Shown piece after piece: positions 52,010 to 62,520 of a stretch of DNA of 64,000 nt; position 1 is the stretch's first letter; each line of letters opens with the position of its first letter. This DNA comes from an uncultured Chloroflexia bacterium (GTDB lineage: Bacteria > Chloroflexota > Limnocylindria > Limnocylindrales > CSP1-4). Below the pieces are notes generated by a model, which saw only the letters and a list, made by a program, of their open reading frames with translations, ran no database searches and was not told the origin of the DNA. The stretch covers positions 37,471 through 101,470 of the forward strand of contig CAWCEC010000005.1 of the NCBI GenBank assembly GCA_963794525.1. The letters run 5' to 3'. A program made the position numbers and the translations under genes.

Positions 52010-52794
52010 CGTTCCTCGTGTTCTCCGTTCGTCCTGGCTGTGGTACCTCGCCCGAAGACGACGCGCCGCAGACACAGTCCCTTTGCCGGGGCCGCCGGCC
52101 CCTTCCTTGCCGATCCCGGGTCGGCGAGCGCCGCCGGGACCGCGTCGATGTCTGTCTTGCCGAGGCCGATCTCCAGCAGGAGGCCGACCATCCGTCGGAC
52201 CTGTCCCCGAAGGAACGAGTCGGCCCGGACGTCGATCGTCACGTGCCGACCCGATCGCCGGACCCGGACCGCGGTCACGGTCCGGACCGTGGATCGGTCC
52301 GCTGCCCCGAAGGCCCGGAAGTCGTGCCGGCCGATGAAGGCCGACGCGGCTCGCGCCATCGCGGCGGTGTCGAGCGGGTCCCGCACCCCGAGCGCGGTGC
52401 GCTCGCGAAGCGGGCTGGGCGGCCCGTTCCAGACGGTGTAGCGGTATTCCCGGTACCGCGCCGCATAGCGGGGGTTGAACCCGTCCGGCACCGGACGCAG
52501 GTCCCGGATCGCAAGGTCCCGAGGCAGGGTCGCCTCGAGCGCTTCACCGAGCGCCGTTGCCGTCAACCGGCCCGCGTACGAGAAGGCGATGACCTGTCCC
52601 GTGGCGTGGACGCCGGCATCCGTTCGTCCGGCCCCGTCGACCCGCCGGACCACCCCGTCGCCGAGGCGCGCCAGCGCGTCTTCCAGGACCCCTTGGACGG
52701 TGCGTTTGCCCGGGTTCACCTGGAACCCTGCGAACTCCGTCCCGTCGTATTCGACCGTCGCGCGAAAGCGCGTCGGCGACACCCTCTCGGGCAT
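52006..52794 (-). CDS. truA: tRNA pseudouridine(38-40) synthase
   Basis: VEYDGTEFAGFQ and the catalytic GRTDAGVHATGQV motif. Confidence 0.93.
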   Translation of the reverse strand: MPERVSPTRFRATVEYDGTEFAGFQVNPGKRTVQGVLEDALARLGDGVVRRVDGAGRTDAGVHATGQVIAFSYAGRLTATALGEALEATLPRDLAIRDLRPVPDGFNPRYAARYREYRYTVWNGPPSPLRERTALGVRDPLDTAAMARAASAFIGRHDFRAFGAADRSTVRTVTAVRVRRSGRHVTIDVRADSFLRGQVRRMVGLLLEIGLGKTDIDAVPAALADPGSARKGPAAPAKGLCLRRVVFGRGTTARTNGEHEER

Positions 52795-52802
52795 CTGCTA
52801 GG

Positions 52803-53156
52803 TCAGACCAGTTCGATCTGGACGATCTCGGCCGCGTCGCCGCGGCGCTGCCCGATCCGGACGATCCGGGTGTACCCGGATGTGCGGTCGGCGTATTTGG
52901 GCGCGATCTCGTCGAACAACTTGTTCACGACGAGCGGCTCGTTCGGGAATTGGGCGACGACCGCGCGACGGGCCGCGAGATCACCGCGCTTGGCAAGCGT
53001 GATGACCTTTTCGACGCGGCCGGAGATCTCCTTGGCCTTCGCCTCGGTGGTCTTCACCCGCTCGTAGCGCAGGACCGACACGGTCAGGTTCTTGAACAGG
53101 CTCATGCGCGGTCCCGTCTTGCGACTGAGCTTGCGACCGCCGATCCGATGCGCCAT
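52803..53156 (-). CDS. rplQ: 50S ribosomal protein L17
   Basis: MAHRIGGRKLSRKTGPRMSLFKNL... 117 aa. Confidence 0.96.
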   Translation of the reverse strand: MAHRIGGRKLSRKTGPRMSLFKNLTVSVLRYERVKTTEAKAKEISGRVEKVITLAKRGDLAARRAVVAQFPNEPLVVNKLFDEIAPKYADRTSGYTRIVRIGQRRGDAAEIVQIELV

Positions 53157-53159
53157 GGG

Positions 53160-54152
53160 TCAGGCCTCGGGCTCGTCCTCGAACGGCTCCTCACCGTCGA
53201 GATCGTCGAGCACGTCGCCCTCGGTGTCCGGGACGATGAAGCCCCGCATGCGCAGGCGCTCCTTCATCTCGTCGAGCGACTTCTTGCCGAAGTTGCGCAT
53301 GCGCAGCAGGTCGTCGTCCTTCAGCTGGAGCAGCTGGCCGACCTTGACGATGTTGTTGCGCTTGAGCGAGTTGTAGGCGCGCATCGGGAGATCGAGCTCC
53401 TCGATGGGCATGTCGAGCATGTTCGGGGGCAGCGCCGCAACACCCGTGGCGGCAACGGCCGGGACGGCCGCCATGCCGACCGTGACGAACGGGCGGAACT
53501 GGTTGACCAGCACCTCGGCCGAGCGGCTGAGCGCCTCCTCGGGGCTGATCGTGCCGTCGGTCTCGATCTCGATCGTGAGCTTGTCGAAGTTGGTCATCTG
53601 ACCGACGCGCATGCTCTCGACCCAGTAGTTGACCTTGCGGACCGGGGTGAAGATCGCATCGACCGCGATCACGCCGATCGGGAGCGCCTCGGCGCGCTCG
53701 GCGCCCAGGTAGCCGACGCCGCGCTCGACGGTCAGGTCCATCTCGATCGTCACGTCGTCGGTGTCGATCGTCATCAGGACGAGGTCCTGGTTGATGATCT
53801 CGACATCGGCCGACTCGGCGATGTCCGCGGCGGTGACGGCACCGGCACCGCTCTTGATGAGCCGAAGCTGGACCGGATGGGCCGCGAAGCTCTTGAGCCG
53901 GAGCTTCTTGACGTTCAGGACGATCTGGGTGACGTCTTCCTTGACGCCCGGGATCGTCGAGAACTCCTGGTAGACGTCGCGGATCTGGATGCTGGTGACC
54001 GCCGCGCCTTCGAGCGAGGAGAGCAGGACCCGTCGGAGCGCATTGCCGAGGGTGACGCCATAGCCGGCCTGGAGGGGGCCGGCTTCGTACTTCGCGTACG
54101 TGCCGACTTCCTCGACGGACTCGATCTGCGGGTTCTCGAGTTGTTCGATCAT
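53160..54152 (-). CDS. rpoA: DNA-directed RNA polymerase subunit alpha
   Basis: GPLQAGYGVTLGNALRRVLLSSL in the N-terminal domain and ELDLPMRAYNSLKRNNI in the C-terminal domain. ATG at 54152. Confidence 0.96.
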   Translation of the reverse strand: MIEQLENPQIESVEEVGTYAKYEAGPLQAGYGVTLGNALRRVLLSSLEGAAVTSIQIRDVYQEFSTIPGVKEDVTQIVLNVKKLRLKSFAAHPVQLRLIKSGAGAVTAADIAESADVEIINQDLVLMTIDTDDVTIEMDLTVERGVGYLGAERAEALPIGVIAVDAIFTPVRKVNYWVESMRVGQMTNFDKLTIEIETDGTISPEEALSRSAEVLVNQFRPFVTVGMAAVPAVAATGVAALPPNMLDMPIEELDLPMRAYNSLKRNNIVKVGQLLQLKDDDLLRMRNFGKKSLDEMKERLRMRGFIVPDTEGDVLDDLDGEEPFEDEPEA

Positions 54153-54162
54153 GTGGTGCCTG

Positions 54163-54789
54163 TTACCTCGAGTAGTACTCGACCACGAGCTGCTCGTTGA
54201 GGTCGAGCGGCATCTGGTCGCGGCTGGGCGGCGTGACGACGGTGCCGGACAGCGACCCGGCATCGACGCTCAGCCATTCCGGCGGCTGATGGTTGCGGAG
54301 CGTCTCCTTGGCGACCTTGAACGGCTCGCGACCCCGTCGCGACTCGCGGACCTCGACCTTGTCGCCCGGCTTGAGCTGGTACGACGGGATGTTGGTGGGG
54401 ACGCCGTTCACGGCGAAGTGACCGTGCGCCACGAGCTGGCGTGCGGCCGCACGGGACGGTGCCATCCCGGCCCGATACACGACGTTGTCCATCCGCGTCT
54501 CGAGCGAGCGGAGCAGGTTCTCACCGGTGACGCCGGGACGGTTCTCGGCGGCGATGAAGTAGTTACGGAACTGCCGCTCGAGGACGCCGTAGGTCTTGCG
54601 GACCTTCTGCTTCTCGCGCAGCTGCAGGCCGTACTCGCCGACCTTGCGGCGGCGCACGCCGTGCTGACCGGGCGGCGTCGGACGCCGCTCGAACGCGCAC
54701 TTCTTGGTATAGCAGCGCGAGCCCTTCAGGAAGAGCTTCGCGCCTTCTCGCCGGCAGATCCGGCAAACGGCTTCGGTGTATCGGGCCAT
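54163..54789 (-). CDS. rpsD: 30S ribosomal protein S4 (Cys4 zinc-finger form)
   Basis: MARYTEAVCRICRREGAKLFLKGSRCYTKKC... 208 aa. Confidence 0.96.
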   Translation of the reverse strand: MARYTEAVCRICRREGAKLFLKGSRCYTKKCAFERRPTPPGQHGVRRRKVGEYGLQLREKQKVRKTYGVLERQFRNYFIAAENRPGVTGENLLRSLETRMDNVVYRAGMAPSRAAARQLVAHGHFAVNGVPTNIPSYQLKPGDKVEVRESRRGREPFKVAKETLRNHQPPEWLSVDAGSLSGTVVTPPSRDQMPLDLNEQLVVEYYSR

Positions 54790-54804
54790 GGGACTCCGGT
54801 GCGA

Positions 54805-55200
54805 CTAGACGCGGCGCCGCTTGGGCGGGCGGCAGCCGTTGTGTGGGATCGGTGTGACGTCGGTGATGGCGCTGACCTCGAGGCCGGCTGCCTGCAGTGA
54901 CCGGATGGCCTGCTCGCGGCCGGCACCCGGTCCCTTCACGTAGACCTCGACCTGGCGCATGCCGTGCTCCATGGCGCGCTTCGCGGCGCCGTCAGCGGAG
55001 AGCGCCGCCGCGTACGGGGTGCTCTTGCGGGAGCCCTTGAAGCCGGCGACACCGGCCGAGCCCCAGCTGATGACCGCGCCGTTGAGGTCGGTGATGGTGA
55101 TGATCGTGTTGTTGAACGTGGCCTGGATGTGGACGTGCCCCTGGGGGACGTTCTTCCGCTCGCGCCGACGCTGTTTGACCGCCTTCTTGCGTTCCGCCAT
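54805..55200 (-). CDS. rpsK: 30S ribosomal protein S11
   Basis: [15 protein letters not shown]...[13 protein letters not shown]. Confidence 0.97.
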   Translation of the reverse strand: MAERKKAVKQRRRERKNVPQGHVHIQATFNNTIITITDLNGAVISWGSAGVAGFKGSRKSTPYAAALSADGAAKRAMEHGMRQVEVYVKGPGAGREQAIRSLQAAGLEVSAITDVTPIPHNGCRPPKRRRV

Positions 55201-55217
55201 GCCTGGTCAGTCCCTCG

Positions 55218-55589
55218 TCACTTCTTGCGCCGGATGCCGACCGTCTTCTTCGGTCCGCGTCGCTGGCGAGCGTTGGTCTTGGTGCGCTGGCCGCGGACCG
55301 GCAGGTTGCGCCGGTGGCGGAGACCGCGGTACGAACCGATCTCGATCAGACGCTTGATGTTGAGCGCGGTCTCCCGCCGAAGGTCGCCCTCCACCTTGTA
55401 GCGCCGATCGATCAGCTCGCGCAGGCGGTTGACCTGCTCCTCGGTGAGGTCGCGGACACGCGTATCGGGGTTGATGTTCGTCTGGGTGAGGATCTTCTGG
55501 CTGGTGGGCAGGCCGATCCCATAGACGTACGTGAGCGCGATCTCGACGCGCTTCTCGCGCGGGATGTCGACGCCGGCGATACGTGCCAT
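55218..55589 (-). CDS. rpsM: 30S ribosomal protein S13
   Basis: [26 protein letters not shown]... Confidence 0.97.
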   Translation of the reverse strand: MARIAGVDIPREKRVEIALTYVYGIGLPTSQKILTQTNINPDTRVRDLTEEQVNRLRELIDRRYKVEGDLRRETALNIKRLIEIGSYRGLRHRRNLPVRGQRTKTNARQRRGPKKTVGIRRKK

Positions 55590-55593
55590 CTGC

Positions 55594-55707
55594 TCAGCCC
55601 TGCCGCTGCTTGTGCTTGGGGTTACTGCAGATGACCATCACGGTGCCGTGGCGCCGGATGACCTTGCAGTTGTCGCAGCGCGCCTTGACGGAAGCTCTGA
55701 CCTTCAA
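55594..55707 (-). CDS. rpmJ: 50S ribosomal protein L36 (zinc-binding C3H form), TTG start
   Basis: Hand translation gives (M)[36 protein letters not shown]. It is absent from the ORF track because it is under 60 aa. Confidence 0.9.
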   Translation of the reverse strand: MKVRASVKARCDNCKVIRRHGTVMVICSNPKHKQRQG

Positions 55708-55739
55708 CGGATCCTCGATCGTGTTTCGTGCGGGCGTGA

Positions 55740-55958
55740 TTACTTGAGTCGGTAGGTGATGCGGCCGCGGGTGAGGTCGTACGGCGATAGTTCGACGCGG
55801 ACCCGGTCACCCGGCAGGATGCGGATGAAGTTCATCCGAAGCTTGCCGCTGATGTGGGCGAGCACCCGGTGGCCATTCTCGAGTTCCACTGCGAACATCG
55901 TGTTGGGGAGCGGTTCGATCACCGTACCCTCGACTTCGATCGCATCCTTCTTGGCCAC
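55740..55958 (-). CDS. infA: Translation initiation factor IF-1
   Basis: [53 protein letters not shown]... Confidence 0.97.
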   Translation of the reverse strand: MAKKDAIEVEGTVIEPLPNTMFAVELENGHRVLAHISGKLRMNFIRILPGDRVRVELSPYDLTRGRITYRLK

Positions 55959-56064
55959 AGGCTGGTGTGCTTCCCTTTCTCACGCGGAGTGCCGGCCCGA
56001 ACGGGCCGACACACGAACGCGTAGCTTATCAAAAGACGCCGATCCGAGCAAGCAGACGACGAGG

Positions 56065-56829
56065 TCAGACACTGGTCAAGACTTCGGGACCGTTCTCGGT
56101 GATGGCGATCGAATCCTCGAAGTGGGCGGCCAGCGAGCCGTCGACGGTCGAGACGGTCCAGTCGTCGTCGAGGACGTGCGCCCGGTAGTCGCCGAGCGTG
56201 AACATCGGCTCGATCGCGAGACAGAGCCCCGGCTCGAGCTTGCGGCCGCGGCGGCCGGTCCGGTAGTTGGGGACCTGCGGCTCCTCGTGCATCTCCGTGC
56301 CGATCCCGTGACCGACGAACTGCCGCACGATGCCGAAGCCATGCGGCTTGGCGACGTCCTCGACCGCCGCCGAGATGTCCTCGATGTGGTTGCCGGGTAC
56401 GGCCGCCGCGATGCCCGCCATCATCGCCTCGCGCGTCGCCTTGATCAGCCGCTGGACGGGCTCGGGCGGCACGCCGACGAAGAAGGTCCGGGCAGCATCG
56501 CCATGCCAGCCCTCGACGATCGCACCGGCGTCGACCGACACGACCTGGCCCTCACGGATCGTCCGCTCGCCCGGGATCCCGTGCACGATCTCATCGTCCA
56601 GCGAGATACACAGGCTGGCCGGGAACGGCCGGCGGGGGTTGATGCCCGGGTAGCCCTTGAACGACGGGATGGCGCCGGCCGCGCGGATGTGCTCCTCGGC
56701 GAGCCGGTCGAGCTGCGCGGTGGAGATCCCCGGCTTGAGCTCACGCTCCACGAGGGCCAGGACCTCGGCCACGACCTGCCCGGCACGACGCATGCGGGCG
56801 ATCTCGGCGCGCGACTTGCGGGTGACCAC
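56065..56829 (-). CDS. map: Type I methionine aminopeptidase
   Basis: The GTG lies 2 nt after the adk stop. The ORF encodes RKSRAEIARMRRAG and metal ligands in DAGAIVEGWHGD, HGIG, EPM. Confidence 0.92.
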   Translation of the reverse strand: MVTRKSRAEIARMRRAGQVVAEVLALVERELKPGISTAQLDRLAEEHIRAAGAIPSFKGYPGINPRRPFPASLCISLDDEIVHGIPGERTIREGQVVSVDAGAIVEGWHGDAARTFFVGVPPEPVQRLIKATREAMMAGIAAAVPGNHIEDISAAVEDVAKPHGFGIVRQFVGHGIGTEMHEEPQVPNYRTGRRGRKLEPGLCLAIEPMFTLGDYRAHVLDDDWTVSTVDGSLAAHFEDSIAITENGPEVLTSV

Positions 56830-56831
56830 GA

Positions 56832-57494
56832 TCAGCTGCCTGGTTCGCGGCCTTGGACGATCGCCAGGACGTCGGTGGCGACGTCGTCGATCGCTCGCGT
56901 CCCATCGACGTCGCGCAGGATGCCCGTCCGCTGGTAGTGGTCGAGGACCTGCCGGAGGCTGTCGAGCTGCACGTCTAGTCTGGCCCGCACCGTCTCCGGG
57001 CGGTCGTCCTCGCGCTGGACCAGGGGAGACCCGTCGATGTCGCAGCGACCTGCTTCGAGCGGCGGATTCGTCGTCTCGTTGTAGACGTGGCCCTGGTCGC
57101 GGCAGACCCACCGGCCGGACATGCGGCGGATGACCTCGTCCGCGGGCACATGGATATTGATCGCGAGGTCGACCTTCTCTTCGCGATCGGCGAGCGCGTC
57201 ATCGAGCGCCTTCGCCTGCGACCCGTTGCGCGGGAAGCCGTCGAGGATGGCGCCCGTGGCCGCGTCGGGCTGGTCGAGCCGGCCGAGCAGCATCCGGATG
57301 GTGATGTCGTCGGGCACCAGCTGACCGCGCTCCATGAACCGGCGCGCCTCGAGACCGATCGGCGAGCCGTCCCGGACGGCGGCCCGGAACAGGTCGCCGG
57401 TGGCCACATGCGGGATCCCGACCTGCTCGGCGAGGAGCGCCGCTTGGGTCCCCTTGCCGGCCCCCGGCGCTCCCAGCAGCACGAGGACGGTCAT
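56832..57494 (-). CDS. adk: Adenylate kinase
   Basis: P-loop LLGAPGAGKGTQA with a LID region present. Confidence 0.96.
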   Translation of the reverse strand: MTVLVLLGAPGAGKGTQAALLAEQVGIPHVATGDLFRAAVRDGSPIGLEARRFMERGQLVPDDITIRMLLGRLDQPDAATGAILDGFPRNGSQAKALDDALADREEKVDLAINIHVPADEVIRRMSGRWVCRDQGHVYNETTNPPLEAGRCDIDGSPLVQREDDRPETVRARLDVQLDSLRQVLDHYQRTGILRDVDGTRAIDDVATDVLAIVQGREPGS

Positions 57495-57516
57495 CGGACC
57501 GTGGCGACCGCCGCCG

Positions 57517-58797
57517 TCACCGGATGAAGCCTTCGTAGTTGCGCATCATCAGTTGCGCTTCGATCTGCTTCATGGTTTCGACGACCACCGACACCACGAT
57601 CAGCAGGCTGGTGCCGCCCAGCCCGATCGCACCGAGGTCCGGGAAGATCGCGCCCACGACCGTCGGCGACACCGCCACGATCGCGAGGAACATCGCGCCC
57701 GCGAAGGTGATACGGGACACGACTCGTGCGAGGTAGTCCTGGGTCGGCCTGCCCGGACGGATGCCCGGGATGAAGCCACCGTTCTTGCGGAGCTGCTCGG
57801 CCGTTTCGTCCGGCTTGAACGTGAACGCTGTGTAGAAGTACGTGAAGCCGACCGTCAGCAGGAAGTACAGGACGATGTACAGGACCGAATTCGGGTTGAG
57901 CAGGAACACGATCCCGTCGGCGATGCTCTTGACGACGTCGATCTCCGAGGCCGTGAAGTACGAGGCGAGCTGTACCGGGAACAGCAGGATGCTGACGGCG
58001 AAGATGATCGGGATGACGCCCGCCTGGTTGACGCGCAGCGGCAGGAACGTCTGGCCGCCCTGGTACATGCGCCGGCCACGGACACGGCTGGCGTACTGGA
58101 CCGGGATGCGGCGCTGCCCTTCCTGGATATAGATGATCACGGCGACCGCGGCGATCGCCACGATCCCGAACGCGATCAGGGCGGCGATGTTGGGGTTGAC
58201 CGTGAACGCTCCGATCGCGCCGGGCGCCTGGCTCACGATGCCGGCGAAGATGATGAAGCTGATGCCGTTGCCGATACCGCGCTCGGTGATGAGCTCGCCG
58301 ATCCACATCAAGGCCACGGAACCGGCGGTCAGCGTCGCGATCTGCGTCAGCGTGTCGAAGCTGCCGAGGTCGAACGCGCCGGTCAGGACTCCGCTGTTGT
58401 TGAGCAGCGCCAGGAAGCCGTACGCCTGCAGCAGCGCCATCGGGACCGACAGGTAGCGCGTGTACTGGGTGATCCGGTTGCGGCCGTACTCACCCTCGCG
58501 GCTGAGCGCCTGGAGCGAGGGCACCACGCCCTGCATCAACTGCATGATGATCGACGCGTTGATGTAGGGGTTCATCCCCAGCGCCACGACCGAGAAATTC
58601 GACAGCCCGCCGCCCGAGAACAGGTTGAGCAACCCGAAGATCGGGTTGCCCTCCAGGAACTCGGCGAGCTGCTGACGGTCGATGCCCGGCACCGGCACGG
58701 CGGCCAGGAATCGGAAGACGATCAGCAGGCCCAGGACGACCAGGATCCGGCGCCGGATATCCGGCGCGCGGAAGGCGTTCAGCAGCGATTCGAACAC
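57517..58797 (-). CDS. secY: Preprotein translocase subunit SecY
   Basis: 426 aa with ten TM segments. GTG start ([10 protein letters not shown]) and ...[12 protein letters not shown] at the C-terminus. Confidence 0.96.
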   Translation of the reverse strand: MFESLLNAFRAPDIRRRILVVLGLLIVFRFLAAVPVPGIDRQQLAEFLEGNPIFGLLNLFSGGGLSNFSVVALGMNPYINASIIMQLMQGVVPSLQALSREGEYGRNRITQYTRYLSVPMALLQAYGFLALLNNSGVLTGAFDLGSFDTLTQIATLTAGSVALMWIGELITERGIGNGISFIIFAGIVSQAPGAIGAFTVNPNIAALIAFGIVAIAAVAVIIYIQEGQRRIPVQYASRVRGRRMYQGGQTFLPLRVNQAGVIPIIFAVSILLFPVQLASYFTASEIDVVKSIADGIVFLLNPNSVLYIVLYFLLTVGFTYFYTAFTFKPDETAEQLRKNGGFIPGIRPGRPTQDYLARVVSRITFAGAMFLAIVAVSPTVVGAIFPDLGAIGLGGTSLLIVVSVVVETMKQIEAQLMMRNYEGFIR

Positions 58798-59630
58798 GGG
58801 TTATCGGGCGTCGTCGGACGAGTTCGAATCGGCGTCGGCGTCGGGCTCGGGTTCCGTGGGTTCGACGGTCTCGTCAAGGGTCGCGTCGCTCGACTCGTCG
58901 GCCGCCGGCTCGTCGGCGGGCACATCCGCCATCGCAGCCGGCTCGTCGGCGGGCATGTCTGCAGTGGCAGCGACCTCGTCGGCGTTTTCGTCGTGACCGC
59001 CTCGTCGGCGGCGACCACGTCGGCCTTGGCTTCGGCCCGCTTCGTCGCCTTCGGAGCCTTCGCCGGCTTGGCCGGGGCCTCCTCCGACTCGGCGGACGCA
59101 AGCCCGATGGCCTTGAGCGGCTTCGTCGAGACCTCAAGGACCTGGACCGTGCCGCCGGCTGCTTCGATCTTGGAACGCGCCGAACCGGTGAACGCATCGG
59201 CCACGACGAACAGCGGGGATCCCAGCTCGCCGGCCCCCAGGATCTTGAGCGGCTTGTCGAGGCTGCGCACCAGCCCGACCGCCCGGAGGATGTCCTGGTT
59301 GACGGTGATCTGCGCCTTCGACTTCCCCTTGGCGCCGGTGGGTGACTCGGTCTCGAACGCGCCGCGTTCCACGGCCGCAGCGATGGCGCCGATGTTCACG
59401 ACCTCGTACTGGAGCTTGAAGCGGTTCTTGAAGCCGCGCAGCTTGGGGATCCGCACGTGGAGCGGCGTCTGGCCGCCCTCGAACCACGGCGGGATCGAGC
59501 CGCCGGCGCGTGCCTTCTGGCCCTTCGTGCCACGGCCGGCCGTCTTGCCCTTGCCGGCGGCGATGCCGCGACCGACGCGGGTGCGCTCCTTGCGCGATCC
59601 CTCGGCGGGTCGCAGGTCATGCAACTTCAT
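58779..59630 (-). CDS. rplO: 50S ribosomal protein L15 with ~130-aa C-terminal extension (probable frameshift near 58985; alternative stop at 58801)
   Basis: A canonical uL15 core ([22 protein letters not shown]...) is followed by a Lys/Ala/Pro-rich segment. After the T-run at 58985-58988 another frame reads an acidic tail, [33 protein letters not shown]...DDAR*. Confidence 0.9.
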   Translation of the reverse strand: MKLHDLRPAEGSRKERTRVGRGIAAGKGKTAGRGTKGQKARAGGSIPPWFEGGQTPLHVRIPKLRGFKNRFKLQYEVVNIGAIAAAVERGAFETESPTGAKGKSKAQITVNQDILRAVGLVRSLDKPLKILGAGELGSPLFVVADAFTGSARSKIEAAGGTVQVLEVSTKPLKAIGLASAESEEAPAKPAKAPKATKRAEAKADVVAADEAVTTKTPTRSLPLQTCPPTSRLRWRMCPPTSRRPTSRATRPLTRPSNPRNPSPTPTPIRTRPTTPDNPCSNRC

Positions 59631-59875
59631 GTTGTTTCCTCGGGGCTCTCCGGGTGATCCGCAGCCGCTCGTGCGCGCTTCGCCGGGGCGTCATCGATCT
59701 CCTCGACGGCGACCAGGAAGCGGACCTGGCGAACCATGCCGCGCGTGGCGTCGTTGTCCGGCACGACCGATGTGCTGCCGATGCCATGCAGGCCGAGCGC
59801 CTTGATCGTGGCCCGGTTGCGCGCGATGTGGCTGATCGTCGACCTGGTCTGGGTGACCCGCAGCTTAGCGGCCAT
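59627..59875 (-). CDS. rpmD: 50S ribosomal protein L30 with ~22-aa C-terminal extension
   Basis: [34 protein letters not shown]... The stop overlaps the rplO ATG. Confidence 0.92.
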   Translation of the reverse strand: MAAKLRVTQTRSTISHIARNRATIKALGLHGIGSTSVVPDNDATRGMVRQVRFLVAVEEIDDAPAKRARAAADHPESPEETT

Positions 59876-60404
59876 TCGTGGCCTCCGCCGTGGGGGCCGG
59901 CTGGCCGGAGATATGGCTCACGAGCTTCACGCCGCGGCGCGCGGACAGCTCCTCGGCCGAATGCAGCCCACGCAGCGCCTCGATGGTGGCGCGGGTCACG
60001 TTGACCGGGTTGGTCGAGCCATAGATCTTCGAGAGGATGTCGCGGACGCCGGCCGCCTCGAGGACGGCGCGCACGGAGCCACCGGCGATCACGCCGGTGC
60101 CCTGCGATGCCGGCTTGAGCATCACCTTGCTGGCGGCGAACTCGACGTTGACCTCGTGGGGGATCGTCGTCCCAACCATCGGGATCTTGATGATGTTCTT
60201 CTTCGCGTCCTCGACGCCCTTGCGGATCGCCTCGGGGACCTCGCCGGCCTTGCCCAGGCCAGCCCCGACGTGACCGGCGCCATCACCGACGACGACGACC
60301 GCGCTGAAGCTGAAGCGGCGGCCGCCCTTGACGACCTTCGCCACCCGGTTGATCTGGACGACGCGCTCCTCGAGCGCGAGCTTGTTCGGATCGATCCTTG
60401 CCAC
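59865..60404 (-). CDS. rpsE: 30S ribosomal protein S5
   Basis: The GTG at 60404 is preceded by GAGGAG directly after the rplR stop. The ORF encodes [28 protein letters not shown]. The ORF track's 60446 start is probably too long. Confidence 0.93.
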   Translation of the reverse strand: MARIDPNKLALEERVVQINRVAKVVKGGRRFSFSAVVVVGDGAGHVGAGLGKAGEVPEAIRKGVEDAKKNIIKIPMVGTTIPHEVNVEFAASKVMLKPASQGTGVIAGGSVRAVLEAAGVRDILSKIYGSTNPVNVTRATIEALRGLHSAEELSARRGVKLVSHISGQPAPTAEATNGR

Positions 60405-60414
60405 GGTGCTCCTC

Positions 60415-60777
60415 TCAGAACTCGAGACCGGCGCCACGGGCGGCATCGGCGAGCGACTTGATCCGCCCGTGGTACCGGAACCCGGCTCGATCGAAGACCA
60501 CGCGCTCGATCCCGGCGGCCTTGGCCCGCTCGGCCACGAGACGGCCGACGACGGCTGCCTCCTCGGCCTTCGAGGACTTGGAACCGCGAAGGTCCTTTTC
60601 CAGCGTGGAGGCGGCGACGAGCGTCCGGCCGGAGGCGTCGTCGATGACCTGCGCGTAGATGTGGTTGAGGCTGCGGAAGACGGCCAGACGCGGCCGCCCG
60701 GCCGAGCCCGCCATGTTGAGGCGGATCCGGTCGTGGCGCTTGCGTCGGGCAGCGCCTCGGCTGGCGAGCTGCGTCAT
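60415..60777 (-). CDS. rplR: 50S ribosomal protein L18
   Basis: [20 protein letters not shown]...[29 protein letters not shown] at 60777. Confidence 0.95.
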   Translation of the reverse strand: MTQLASRGAARRKRHDRIRLNMAGSAGRPRLAVFRSLNHIYAQVIDDASGRTLVAASTLEKDLRGSKSSKAEEAAVVGRLVAERAKAAGIERVVFDRAGFRYHGRIKSLADAARGAGLEF

Positions 60778-60805
60778 CAGGTCAGTCCTTCGTTCTTCGT
60801 CGTGC

Positions 60806-61357
60806 TTACTTCTTGGCGCCGATCTTGCCGGCCTTGCCCGCCTTGCGGCGGACCTGCTCACCGGCGTAGCGCACGCCCTTGCCCTTGTACGGCTCGGGCT
60901 TGCGGGTCGCACGCACCTGCGCGGCGACCTGACCGACCAGCTCCTTGTCGATACCGACGACCGCCAGGCGGGTCGGATTCTCGAGCTCGAAGCTGATGCC
61001 CTCGGGCGGCTCGATCTCGACCGGGTGGCTGTAGCCCAGGTTGAGCGTCAGCTTCTTGCCGCTCAGCGCGGCGCGGTAGCCGACGCCGGTGATCTCGAGA
61101 CCCTTGCGATAGCCATCGGTCACGCCGATGACCATGTTGTTCACGAGCGTCCGGGTGAGGCCGTGGAGCTGCTTGTGCATCTTCTGCTCGGTCGGCCGGC
61201 TGACGACGATCGAGCCGTCCTCCTGGGTGACCGACATGTCCGGATGGAGCGACCGGCTGAGGCTGCCCTTGGGCCCCTTCACGGTCAGCTCGCGCCCCTG
61301 GATCGTCACGTCGACACCCGACGGGACGGTGATGGGCAAACGTCCGATACGCGACAT
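60806..61357 (-). CDS. rplF: 50S ribosomal protein L6
   Basis: [21 protein letters not shown]... Confidence 0.96.
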   Translation of the reverse strand: MSRIGRLPITVPSGVDVTIQGRELTVKGPKGSLSRSLHPDMSVTQEDGSIVVSRPTEQKMHKQLHGLTRTLVNNMVIGVTDGYRKGLEITGVGYRAALSGKKLTLNLGYSHPVEIEPPEGISFELENPTRLAVVGIDKELVGQVAAQVRATRKPEPYKGKGVRYAGEQVRRKAGKAGKIGAKK

Positions 61358-61366
61358 CGTGCTCGC

Positions 61367-61765
61367 CTACCAGACGAACGCGAGGACTTCGCCGCCCAGC
61401 TGCGCCTGACGCGCCTGCTGGCCGGTCATGATCCCCTGGCTCGTGCTGACGATGACGATGCCGAGGCCGCCGAGCACCCGCGGGATGTCGGTCTTGCGCG
61501 CGTACACGCGCAGGCCGGGCTTGCTGATGCGCTTGAGGCCGGACACGACCGGGACCTTCCCGTCCACGTACTTGAGGGTCAGGCGCAGGACCGCGGTGGG
61601 TCCGTCCTGCTCCTCGCTGACGTCGGCGATGAAACCCTCGGCCTTGAGGATACGGGCGATCTCACGCTTGGTCCGCGACGCCGGGACGACCACTTCGGTG
61701 TGGCGCGCCCGCGACGCGTTCCGCACGCGCGTGAGCATGTCAGCGATCGGATCGGAGATGTTCAT
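61367..61765 (-). CDS. rpsH: 30S ribosomal protein S8
   Basis: DPIADMLTRVRNA...GGEVLAFVW. Confidence 0.97.
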   Translation of the reverse strand: MNISDPIADMLTRVRNASRARHTEVVVPASRTKREIARILKAEGFIADVSEEQDGPTAVLRLTLKYVDGKVPVVSGLKRISKPGLRVYARKTDIPRVLGGLGIVIVSTSQGIMTGQQARQAQLGGEVLAFVW

Positions 61766-61773
61766 CGGGTGTC

Positions 61774-61959
61774 CTACCAGCTCGACTTCGTGACGCCGGG
61801 CAGCTCACCCAGGAGCGCTCGCTCCCGGAAGCAGATGCGGCACAGCGCGAACCGGCGCATGAAGGCGCGCGGCCGTCCGCACACGAAGCAGCGGTGGTAC
61901 GCCTGCACCGGGTGCTTGGGGGTTCGCTTGGTCTTTGCGATCATCGATTTCTTGGCCAT
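61774..61959 (-). CDS. rpsN: 30S ribosomal protein S14 type Z (zinc-binding)
   Basis: 61 aa with [23 protein letters not shown]. Confidence 0.96.
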   Translation of the reverse strand: MAKKSMIAKTKRTPKHPVQAYHRCFVCGRPRAFMRRFALCRICFRERALLGELPGVTKSSW

Positions 61960-61977
61960 GGTTCTCCCTCCCCGCGC

Positions 61978-62520
61978 CTACGAGGCGAAGGGCATGCCGA
62001 GGAGCTCGAGGAGCTTCTTCGATTCCTCGTCGGTCTTCGCCGTCGTCACGATGCTGATCTCCAGCCCGCGGAGACGGTCCACCTTGTCGTAGTCGATCTC
62101 GGGGAACGCGAGCTGCTCGCGCATCCCGAGCGAATAGTTGCCCCGGCCATCGAACGACTTCCCGGGCACGCCCCGGAAGTCGCGGATGCGCGGCAGGGCG
62201 AGCGTCGTCAGTCGGTCCAGGAAGTCCCACATCCGCTCGCCGCGGAGGGTCACCTTGGCCCCGATCGAGTTGCCCGTCCGCAGACGGAACTGGGCGATCG
62301 ACCGCTTGGCCTTGGTCACGATCGGCTTCTGGCCGGTGATCGTGCTCAGGTCGCCGAGGGCGGCGTCGAGCGCCTTGGCGTTGGTCAGGGCCTCGCCCAG
62401 ACCGATGTTCACCACGATCTTCGACAGCCGCGGCACCTGGTTGGGGTTGCGGTAATCGAACTGCTTCTGGAGCGCCGGAACGACCTCGGCCGCGTAGCGC
62501 TCGTGCAGGCGGCTGGTCAC
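61978..62520 (-). CDS. rplE: 50S ribosomal protein L5
   Basis: [20 protein letters not shown]... Confidence 0.96.
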   Translation of the reverse strand: MTSRLHERYAAEVVPALQKQFDYRNPNQVPRLSKIVVNIGLGEALTNAKALDAALGDLSTITGQKPIVTKAKRSIAQFRLRTGNSIGAKVTLRGERMWDFLDRLTTLALPRIRDFRGVPGKSFDGRGNYSLGMREQLAFPEIDYDKVDRLRGLEISIVTTAKTDEESKKLLELLGMPFAS

